This document shows positions 1 to 8,400 of a stretch of 16,771 bases of DNA, piece after piece; within the stretch, counting starts at the first letter, position 1, and each line of letters starts with the position of its first letter. The stretch spans positions 1 through 16,771 of the forward strand of contig MTSL01000047.1 in assembly GCA_002794465.1 (NCBI GenBank), given 5' to 3'. This DNA comes from Paramicrosporidium saccamoebae KSL3. Lineage: Eukaryota > Fungi > Cryptomycota. The notes below the pieces were generated by a model, which ran no database searches, had not been told where the DNA came from, and saw nothing but the letters and a program-made list of their open reading frames with translations. A program made the position numbers and the translations under genes.

Positions 1-125
1 GCAACTAAAAGCGCACCCAAGTCGGAAGAAGGGTGGACCTCTTTAAATACACGGGTGCCATATAAGTGAGACATGGTGAGCCAACTCCCTATGTTTAAGG
101 CCTAATAACTCCCATTGTGCGCTGT

Positions 126-374
126 GATCTGATGGTGAGTCTTGCCTCATAACCATCACCCTCGTTTAATAAAAGCAGTGCTTGCCTAGAGTGTGCGTAG
201 GTTGCTGTATCACGAGACAAATGGGATCACATAATTATTATAAACGCGTGCAACAAATCTTTGCTACTCAATGGACCAATCACCACCCCGTTCTATAAAT
301 GGCCATCTCACGCCACCATTGAGGAGTCACTCCTATTGGAAAACAATACATGCAACGAGCTCCTCTGTTAGGCC
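126..374 (+). promoter_or_regulatory. Upstream region homologous to 15862-16122 (co-duplicated putative promoter/5'UTR of the TM family)
   Basis: Collinear blocks of roughly 65% identity: gatct-gatggtga..cctca..gttt vs gatctcgctggtga..cctca..gttt; aaatgggatcacataattatt vs aaatgcatcacattatcatt; gttctataaatggccatc vs gttccatagatagccatc; ctattggaaaacaatacatg vs ctattggacaataatatatg. CCAAT and ATTGG occur in both copies. TATAAAT (294-300) occurs only in this copy. Regulatory role is inferred. Confidence 0.55.
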
Positions 375-1190
375 ATGTATCTTACATTCAAGCCCACCAA
401 AGGAAGCACGATTGCCCCAAAATTGGTAAAATGTCTCTGTATTACCATCGATGCATTTTTGCTATTGCTCATGGCATGGACCACTGTTAACATGTGCTAT
501 CCCTTCTGGGGCTGGATCATTTATGCTTCTATCTGGGTCGGCTTTGTTCCATATGCCCTCTTTGCTTGGGTCGTCAGATACTTTCGTATCTACTCTTTCA
601 TGGCTGCTAGATTTCGTCCTGGAGACAAGCTCATGTCCAATGGGCTTCATGATTTGAAACATCTCGGATTTCTCTTTTCGGTTTGGGAAAAGCCCGACAC
701 ATTGGTCTTGGGAACATACCATAGATTTGACGAAGTGAATTGTTTGAGGAAACGACATGTTTTTCTTGGCAGGAAGGAAGAGTACAAGAAATGGCTGGGC
801 TGGCTCATCGTCGTGTTCACTGACGCTATCCCGTTTGTACTGTTAGCTGCACTCCTCTGCGCGGGTTATTTCCTCGGCGTCAGCGCTATCGTCTTCTTTC
901 TGATGGGCTTTGTGCTGGCAGGACAAGTACGCACAGTGTGCCTCCGCTTTACAGCAATGTTCCTATGGAAGGACAGGATGTTCTTAGATGGAAAGATGTG
1001 CACACGGAAATTCCTTGGTGTAATGACGTGTGTTCTAGAGGGACCAGAGGGTGAATTGTTCCTGACAGTCCTCAAAGTGGTAATGTTCGATCACTATGAA
1101 AGACGATCCTGGTTTGAATTAGCGGCAGAGGCCCATTGCCAATGTTGCCATTTATTAATGGATCCCAATCTACTTAATATTGAACCGTAG
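375..1190 (+). CDS. Hypothetical ~4-TM membrane protein (271 aa), lineage-specific family with a two-fold internal repeat
   Basis: Open 271-codon ORF from GCCATG. It has two hydrophobic hairpins (CLCITIDAFLLLLMAW..YPFWGWIIYASIWVGFV and WLGWLIVVFTDAIPFVLLAA..GYFLGVSAIVFFLMGFVLA). A collinear paralog at 16123+ shows ~46% identity with only codon-sized indels, which supports coding status. No known family recognised. Confidence 0.78.
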   Translation: MYLTFKPTKGSTIAPKLVKCLCITIDAFLLLLMAWTTVNMCYPFWGWIIYASIWVGFVPYALFAWVVRYFRIYSFMAARFRPGDKLMSNGLHDLKHLGFLFSVWEKPDTLVLGTYHRFDEVNCLRKRHVFLGRKEEYKKWLGWLIVVFTDAIPFVLLAALLCAGYFLGVSAIVFFLMGFVLAGQVRTVCLRFTAMFLWKDRMFLDGKMCTRKFLGVMTCVLEGPEGELFLTVLKVVMFDHYERRSWFELAAEAHCQCCHLLMDPNLLNIEP

Positions 1191-1613
1191 CGTACAGTAA
1201 GTACCATTCCATCAATTTCAGTACCACTAAAAGCTGAAAGGGCTGGCCGTGACCCATCGAGTCCATTGTAGATCTGACCCGGCATTTTTGAACTGATGGA
1301 ATGGAATCCCGCCTCTCTCATATTTGGCGACGCTTGACAGAATAATTGCTAATCATTCCTCTGCGCCATTATGTGCAGTTAAGCTAGGCCCACGTGATCC
1401 GATCCATCTAAAGTGACCCGGACACTAGAGCGCTTATTTGGAACCTGGACTTAAAGGGACTTTGGCCATATGTATTGGTAAAAGCCATTTACTGCAGACT
1501 GGCTACAAATATTATTCCCGCGACCAACCACTGCACCGGGTGGCACTCGCGATCCAAACGATAATCTATTTGGAGATTGTTTGACCTATGAAAAATCCCA
1601 AGTCCATACATTA

Positions 1614-1712
1614 CATATCATCGACCTAGTTTAATAAACCGGCTCTCGTGCACACAGGCTGTTGTATCACCATGTAACATTACACATGGCAACAATCTGT
1701 AAGAATTACTCA
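1614..1712 (+). repeat. Orphan third partial copy of the TM-family upstream element (direct repeat of ~148-270)
   Basis: Same-order blocks: GTTTAATAAA (164-173 / 1629-1638, exact), AGGtTGcTGTATCAC vs AGGcTGtTGTATCAC (199-213 / 1656-1670, 13/15), GCAACA(A)ATCT (250-260 / 1689-1698), TACTCA (265-270 / 1707-1712). No ORF follows it. Confidence 0.65.
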
Positions 1713-1783
1713 TTCTGTTTACCCGCTCTTGACTTTGTTGGTGCCACGTAGTAAGGATGATGCTAAAACATAGTTACATTAAA

Positions 1784-1820
1784 AAAGTGCCAGTCTTTCC
1801 AATTTTCGCCTCTGAATTCT
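1784..1820. repeat. ~40-bp diverged direct repeat, copy 1 (immediately 3' of the ankyrin-like gene)
   Basis: AAAGTGCCAGT-CTTTCCAATTTTCGCCTCTGA--ATTCT vs 4253-4296: 11-nt exact match, a T-run length difference, then 12/15 identity. Confidence 0.7.
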
Positions 1821-1824
1821 CTTT

Positions 1825-3684
1825 TCACATTTGGTCCATTAGCTCTATTTGCAACTCACACTTGTTTCTCTCTTGATAGCTTTGAATTTTTTCCAGCATC
1901 GCTAAAGATATACCATAACGTTCCACGTCCTGAAGATACTTCCAGGATGGGAGGAGCCCGGGCCTTTTATTAAAAAGCCATATCACCATCTCTGCCGTCT
2001 TCTTGGGGTCAAAGAATGAGTTCAGCCCACGCCAGATAGAGTCTTCGTAAATGAATGCTTCTGGATTCTTCTCAATGATCCATTCTAGTGCTCCAATGTT
2101 TCCGATACTCGCTGCCTTGTTGGCCATCTTCAAAGTAGTAACATCCATACCCAGAGTCCCAGAAAGCCACTTGTGGATGTCTGTACCAGTCTTTTTGTAA
2201 GCACAGAGCTTCATTAGGTCTCGCTCAGTAAAGTGTCCTGGATCATGAGAATACACACTTTGTATGTATTCAACCGGCTGATTCTCGAGCTCCTCCACAG
2301 TAGGTAGATAGCTTTTATCGTTTGTCTGCCCATAAAGATAGGCTAGGAGAGCTAAAAAATCTCTTTGTATTCTGTCATCCTTATTCCATCCAAATTTCTT
2401 AGCGGCAATAGCCTCTCTGCTGGGCAATAGTTTTGGTTCCTTCTTCACCGCCCAGAGTGCAAACGACCATGCTTCATTCTTTGTCGCGACTTTGAAATCT
2501 CCCGCTGTAAAGGTAACAGCACCTTTTGTCTCATAAATTCTCCTGCCTGTCCATAGAGCCACATCGTACTGCTCAAGCGCTATAGCATGACCATAGAGTA
2601 GCTCTAGCGGAACCAGGCGAGGCGCAATGCCATACAATTTAACAATCGTGTCATAATGCCATATAGTGTCCCGATGTGCCTTCGTTTCTTGATAGGCTTT
2701 AGGTAGAAACTCTTTGTTGCGAGAATACAAAAACTCGAATACGCCAATGTATCCTTTGATCATGATTTGCGATATACATGATTTACTTGGCTGTACTGTA
2801 GGGTCAACAGAGCAAGCCAACTGAAGAACCTTTAGGCTTCCACACTGGGCAGCACAGTCCAAGTCCTTTTGATCCAGTAAAAATTCTTTTCTCCATTTGT
2901 ATAGGACTTCAAGTAGTTCTGGCACGTCTCTAGTTACAGCCCAATCCGCTGTCCGTGGAACATCCACAATGCCACTGTTGACTGACAAAAGAAAAGCAAG
3001 AATGTTAGGATCCCGGATCTTCAAATTTAGCGTCAAATCGTCAAATATTGTGGGATCCCGTCCATGTATTAGACGCAGAGTGTTGATGCGCCCCACTCTA
3101 ACCAATCCACACACACTAAAATTAGTGGAATTAATGCCCATCCCCAAATGCTGAATAATCTTTGCTGCGTCCAAGTAGTTCAAAGCCTCCTGGGATGGTA
3201 CGAAAAATGCATCCAAGCCGAGCAGCGAGGGACTTTCTCTTGCGTATTTAAAAAATTCAACATTGTCAGCCTTCAATATCTCTTCCCAGTAAATTTTCCA
3301 GTCAAACTCTATGCCTTCCCATAACTCTTCACAAAACCACGGCTCTCTAAATACTCGTGCGTAAAACCAGTGGTAGTCTCTGGGATGCTCCCAGGTAAAG
3401 AGAAACTTGCTTTGGGCGCAGAGGAGAACGCACTTGTAGTCTTCACGAAGCGCCCTCTCTACAAGGTCCTTGATCCCCATCTTAGAAGCTTGGCTACTAG
3501 TGGCAATGATACACGCATCGGGAATGGAATTCTTCTCCGTCTCAATAGCCTTCTCAAGTTCCTTGTCGAGCTCGGGTAGTGATAGCCCTTCCCCACGGTT
3601 AGTCAATTCAATAATGCCTACGCCTTTGGAACCGCTTCCTCTGCCCAGAAACAACAAAAGCGGGACAACCACAGAGCACAGCAT
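1825..3684 (-). CDS. Putative secreted degenerate ankyrin-like/helical repeat protein (619 aa)
   Basis: Uninterrupted ORF. The first ATG is 3684 (the ORF-track start at 3696 is GTG, with an in-frame TAG at 3717-3715). N-terminus MLCSVVVPLLLFLGRGSGS resembles a signal peptide. Ankyrin-like units include LDCAAQCGSLKVLQL, MANKAASIGNIGALEWII and ADWAVTRDVPELLEVLY, with recurring xxP-x-(F/L)LP linkers (NKEFLP, EPKLLP, RPGLLP, DKSYLP). Family assignment is by motif resemblance only. Confidence 0.75.
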   Translation of the reverse strand: MLCSVVVPLLLFLGRGSGSKGVGIIELTNRGEGLSLPELDKELEKAIETEKNSIPDACIIATSSQASKMGIKDLVERALREDYKCVLLCAQSKFLFTWEHPRDYHWFYARVFREPWFCEELWEGIEFDWKIYWEEILKADNVEFFKYARESPSLLGLDAFFVPSQEALNYLDAAKIIQHLGMGINSTNFSVCGLVRVGRINTLRLIHGRDPTIFDDLTLNLKIRDPNILAFLLSVNSGIVDVPRTADWAVTRDVPELLEVLYKWRKEFLLDQKDLDCAAQCGSLKVLQLACSVDPTVQPSKSCISQIMIKGYIGVFEFLYSRNKEFLPKAYQETKAHRDTIWHYDTIVKLYGIAPRLVPLELLYGHAIALEQYDVALWTGRRIYETKGAVTFTAGDFKVATKNEAWSFALWAVKKEPKLLPSREAIAAKKFGWNKDDRIQRDFLALLAYLYGQTNDKSYLPTVEELENQPVEYIQSVYSHDPGHFTERDLMKLCAYKKTGTDIHKWLSGTLGMDVTTLKMANKAASIGNIGALEWIIEKNPEAFIYEDSIWRGLNSFFDPKKTAEMVIWLFNKRPGLLPSWKYLQDVERYGISLAMLEKIQSYQERNKCELQIELMDQM

Positions 3685-3846
3685 ACAATGAGGCACCAGG
3701 CGATTTCGGCGTGGCTAGCAATTGCTTCGGGGGTGGTTGACTCTTATGAATCTCCGTTGTGTAGTGGGATGATTGGCTAGTTTATTGTCGCGTATAGGGA
3801 AGCTATTGAACTATAATAGAGTCTTTATTTTCTGACAAAGTACGCG

Positions 3847-3857
3847 CCCCCCCCCCC
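3847..3857. repeat. C11 homopolymer ~165 nt upstream of the ankyrin-like ATG
   Basis: Direct count of 11 consecutive C. Confidence 0.9.
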
Positions 3858-4252
3858 AACAGCGCAACATGCAGCATGCTTAAGCCCAGGACCGTGCTAA
3901 CAATGTAGCGTCAAATACTACGACATGTCCCTAAATTATTTATCCTAGAGTCCAAGAACATCAAGGTGACGAGATGGTAGGTCTGCCGCGTGGCAGAAAA
4001 AATACCATGGACCAGGCCAGACGGAAAAAGAACTTGTCCACTTATAATCCTAAAGCCATCAAAAGATAACATACATGTCCAATAGATTGCCATAAAAAGA
4101 CTGCTTTCCCAAATCGCTCTGCTTTCGGGTGAACCAGAGATCATGGGCGACAATCAAATGCAAAAAATCTTGTCGCGCCATTCCTGTTTGTGACGCAGCG
4201 AGGGCCGGTGTAATTGTGTATAATCGACCCATCAGTCACCTACAGGCAAATT

Positions 4253-4296
4253 AAAGTGCCAGTTCTTTTTTTCCATTTCTCGCCCCTGACTATTCT
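4253..4296. repeat. ~40-bp diverged direct repeat, copy 2 (upstream side of the ankyrin-like gene)
   Basis: AAAGTGCCAGTTCTTTTTTTCCATTTCTCGCCCCTGACTATTCT aligns with 1784-1820, offset 2469 nt. Confidence 0.7.
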
Positions 4297-4390
4297 TTCC
4301 GTGTCTGGAAAACATTTGCCAATACCAGGCGGATAGTTCCACTACTTCACAGAGGCATCCATCATTTCATACGCTACATGTCTGAACCCG

Positions 4391-4437
4391 GATCAGAGGC
4401 TGCATCATTGGATGACTACATAATGCAGCTTCTAATC
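4391..4437 (-). other. 18-bp imperfect stem-loop in the putative 3' region of the multi-TM orphan gene
   Basis: Arms 4391-4408 and 4420-4437 give 15 Watson-Crick pairs. On the minus-strand RNA two of the remaining three positions are G-U and one is a mismatch. Loop is 11 nt. Confidence 0.55.
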
Positions 4438-4594
4438 AAAATTCAGACAGAATAATTTTTACATCAGCCTTATAGGCCGTGGCAATTGTCGGTATCGTGC
4501 GTATTCTAAAAGTATGTGTCCAACTCCTGGGTGATGGGTGATATCGTTGTAAATATAAGCAGCATTGCCACTACGTCAACAATCGCAGCATCAT

Positions 4595-5269
4595 CTATAG
4601 GCCTCTGTCCCCCGCGGCTGGGTGAGACGGGCAGCACCAATATGCCTGTACTACCCACCCGATCAGCATGCCCATAACAGCGCCCAGCTTCCCATCACAG
4701 CGGTTCGATATCAACATTCCGAGGATCGCGACGATCAGCATGATTACAACCTCCCATCCATTAATATCAGCACCGGTCAAGACGACTAAGCCCTTTACCA
4801 GAAGGAACACTGCTAGTTTCGTAATGTTTCTCCAAACATCACTTAGAGGGTGCCACGTCGGGTCTAAATGGAGGTTGATTCCTTCGATCAATCCCAGTGT
4901 CTTTCGTACGTAAGCTCTTTCTGATAGAGCACTGACAATCTTGGTTAGTATCAAGGCCAAGAAAAGTAAAAGTAGCATTAACAAAGCGGCTGGAGGTCTG
5001 TCGTTTCCCAGGAACAAAGGTGCCCCGCCCGCGAAGATGGCCCAGACCAACACAATGTGGAGTCTCGTCATGGCCTTAATGGCACCAATGACCCCAAGCA
5101 GCATCACAAATCGGTAGGCGCTAGTTTCCGCAGCGTCATCAAAGAAGAGGTACTTGACTATCAATCAGCTCAGCAATCAAAGATTTTGGGTACCGATTAC
5201 TCGTAACAAGTGAAAGATAAGGACGCCGACATCCACACTCATCATGGCGAGTCCCCAGTATCTCGTCAT
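4595..5269 (-). CDS. Hypothetical multi-pass membrane protein (~212 aa; exons 5269-5194 and 5157-4595; C-terminus may be spliced further to 4506)
   Basis: The ORF-track start at 5164 is TTG. Removing a 36-nt intron 5193-5158 (GTACCC...CTGAT..TGATAG, contains an in-frame TGA) joins MTRYWGLAMMSVDVGVLIFHLLRVI to VKYLFFDDAA... The protein has 6-7 hydrophobic segments. No recognisable family. Confidence 0.6.
5158..5193 (-). other. Spliceosomal intron, 36 nt, in the multi-TM orphan gene
   Basis: GTACCC donor, CTGAT branch-like motif, TAG acceptor. Its size matches the VPS13 introns, and removal restores an ATG-initiated frame. Confidence 0.6.
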
Positions 5270-5428
5270 GCATAAAGCTTGTTTAGCACGAGCATAAACA
5301 CGACCTAATATGGAAGGTTATGGCGTCGACATGAATATGCATAAAATGTTTTTATTCAACTTTCAGTTTGCGGCTCACAAGTATGACCAGATTGTCTCCA
5401 TTAAATCCCCATCATATCATACCCAGAT

Positions 5429-8400
5429 CTAAATCATACAGTAGCTACCCTCAGAAACTCGTTGCAATATGTCGGCAAACCACTAGGTGTGTTAGAGGGC
5501 AACTTGTAGAATACCTTTTGGGTTTCCTTGTCCGTAACAGGAATGACCTTGGTTCGCGGAGAATCGCCGGAAAGTGTCAACAGGATGCTATCTACGGTAA
5601 TTTGGATGTTGCTAATCGAACTAGAGTCCATCTGCCACAAAATTTTCAAATTCTCCAACCCTGCACAGATGATCCGCCGGCTGGAAATGATAAATATGGA
5701 GCTGTCGCTTGGTATTTCAATGTGCGCAATGTACAGCTCCTTCCCAGCCAAATCAGATCCGATTAGATTGATCATCACGCTTTGGCCAAACGCCTCGCGA
5801 GGATTGTACGTCGAGACCTTTTGATCACAGGGCATGACGCGAGGAAACCGCACCTGGCTCACATCATTTTGCGTATCATCGGCGCAGTTCTTGATTCCTT
5901 CAGTCAGAGAGGTGGTCATGTCAATCAGTCCCACAACAGGCTTTGTGACTGCTCCAACGAGACCCACTCCGACTCCTTTGAAAAATCCGCCAACACCCCC
6001 CTCCTTGGCACCCTCCAGTGGCTTATCGACAATTCCAGTAATGCCGCTCTTCACTCCAGAATACAGCTCAAGTACACCCGTCGATACTCCCGAAAGCGCA
6101 TGTTTTGGCTTGTTTCGGGCATGGGAAGTGCGGCGGTGCTTCTGGAATGACTTGTCCATTGTCGCAGCGGATAGTCCCTTTGCGAGACTTCCAGTAAACT
6201 TGGAGAGGGTGCCAGAAAGGCCAGAAACAGTCTTTTTTGCCAAGCTGAGCCCCCCTCGTGCAAATCCGATTCCAATGTCTTGGGGTCGGTCGCTTACAAA
6301 GCCTTGATACGGCTCGTAGAACAGATCCGTAACTCCCGATCCAAGGGTTGACACGAGCCCAACGGGATTCCCCAAGAAATCAGCAGACCCAAGAATCTTG
6401 TGCACCTGGGCCAAGGCTTCTTGTTTATAGTGTCCCATGACCGTCTCCTGAAGAGACGTCTTTCGAGAAAGAATGTTCTCCAATACCAGGGCGTTGAATT
6501 TAAGGGGCGCGTCCTACACATGATCAAATGCACCGCCAATCGTACGCTAATATTCCCAAGAGTCATGGTAAAGACATTAATTACGGTAGTCATCGGATTG
6601 TAAATTGCCCTAACCATGAATAACCAATGAGGAATTACGTCTTTTTGGGAGTATCGTCCGATTCCTCAGTTCTTGAAAAAGTCAAATTGATCTTGATGGG
6701 ATGCATTTGGAAGAATTCAAAGAACAAGAGATCGGAAGAATCGCGCCCGGCTTCAAACTTTTGGATCTGAAGATGCTCACTCGACACGATTGATGACGCA
6801 TCCGCAGACAGGACCGATAAATTCGCAAAGGACAAGATTCTACGCAAAAGCTCCTCTCCCATTTCAAGAGAAATTTCCTGAAGGAGCAGGCCAAAGTACT
6901 TGAAATATGTCACTCCGTAGCTCGTGTCCTTTGATTGAATAATGCCAAGACTCATAAAGGGATGCTCGTCGAGGTCCTTTGCCGTCTTTGACAAGACGGT
7001 CGGGAATAGCAGCATGGGATGAAGCCAGTCAAACGATTGATTGTCAATCTGCAGCCATTTGACAGTCAATCCATAAGAGGTAAACTCCTGGGAGTCTGCA
7101 AGTCGAACTTCGATTCCATTCAGATAGATGAGCAGAAATTCCTAAAAATCAAACCTCGACACCATTGCAACCTCGAGATCAGAGCCCATCAACGAGATAG
7201 AGACATGGGGTATACGCACCAAAGTGACGTTTGTGAACACTTCTACATAATCGCCATTCCCAGATTCGAGGTCTGAACCCTCACTAGTCTTGCTCACTCG
7301 GTCCGAAATCAAAATCACAACAAGAGGTCCCTCGGCCTTGATTTCAATATCAACAAATTCTGACTGTCCCTCAAGATCCTTGAGCTTGAAATGCGATTTT
7401 TTGCCAATCTCGGCCAAATCGACTGAAAACTCTTTAGTTTCCATGGAGAGGACAGCAAGTTTATCAGAAAACGACGGCTGATCCCATGCATACTTTAACT
7501 CGCTTCTGGCGTCGCATGTGTAAACATCATTGACATTCTAGCATTAAAACATAATGTGCAACTACTTACCTTTTGCTTTAGCGTCAAGGGACGGGAAGAC
7601 TGATTACGAATCACAAACGGCCACGAAGTTGCAGTAGAAATGGAAATGAAAAGGTTGGGACTTTTCACCACACGAGAGACACGGAACAGACGCTCCGCTG
7701 GATCATCGCGTATGTAAATGCTTCCAGCGTTGCGAATGTCAAATGCTGCTGACCATGTAGATGTTCCAGATTCCTTGATCATGATGCATTCTGCATTGGC
7801 TGGGTTAAAATGCGCTGAAATTTGAGATTTTGATGGAATGGTAAACGTCGTCTCTGAATCCCCAATCATCATGGCCATGGCTGTATCATTGACAATAATG
7901 TAGCGTGGTGAAATGTAGATAACCTTGGTGACTGCATACTACAGAGAATAATCAGTCGCTATTCTCTGATGGCTTACCTTGCCTTGTCCTAAGCTGACCA
8001 GGCCGCCGAGATTGTACCACTTGGAGACTAGCATGCTCTTGCAATCAAGCTCGAGTTCGGCTCCGACCGCCTCGAAACTTACCGGCTCTGACCAGTTGGA
8101 ATCAGCCACACGAATCCTTGCACGATTCTTGACACTCTTTGAGCTCGGATGAGAGAACATTACCAATGGTTGACCGTCATCATGAGGGGGAATTGAAAAT
8201 ACCTGGCCAATAGTCTTCTTATTCTTATATGTCGCTTCGGATTGCACTTGGATGGTAAATTCCGTTTGATTGATCAAAACATATTGCGCAGATATGCACA
8301 AGTGTGTAGACAGCTTTGCGGTGGAATCCCTTGTTAGTGATACTTTGAGTTCCAGCCCTTCCTCGTTCTGCACTGATAACTCCATGTGGTCCTGTCGGCC

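Noticed and set aside
352-371. 20-nt GC-AG intron that would fuse ATG 271 to the 375 ORF
   Set aside because: Non-canonical donor, shorter than every supported intron, and no counterpart in the paralog.
1390-1398. E-box / Cbf1-CDEI-like CACGTG site
   Set aside because: Single short motif downstream of genes, with no AT-rich CDEII or CDEIII context.
3911-4153. 80-aa minus-strand ORF, and a 31-aa basic plus-strand ORF at 3974-4069 (MVGLPRGRKNTMDQARRKKNLSTYNPKAIKR)
   Set aside because: Short, with no homology or paralog support in the window, and within chance expectation. Would need expression data.
5299-5309. CACGACCTAAT shared with 15792-15802
   Set aside because: An isolated 11-mer with no flanking similarity. 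A match or two of this length is expected by chance among ~3 kb of intergenic DNA.
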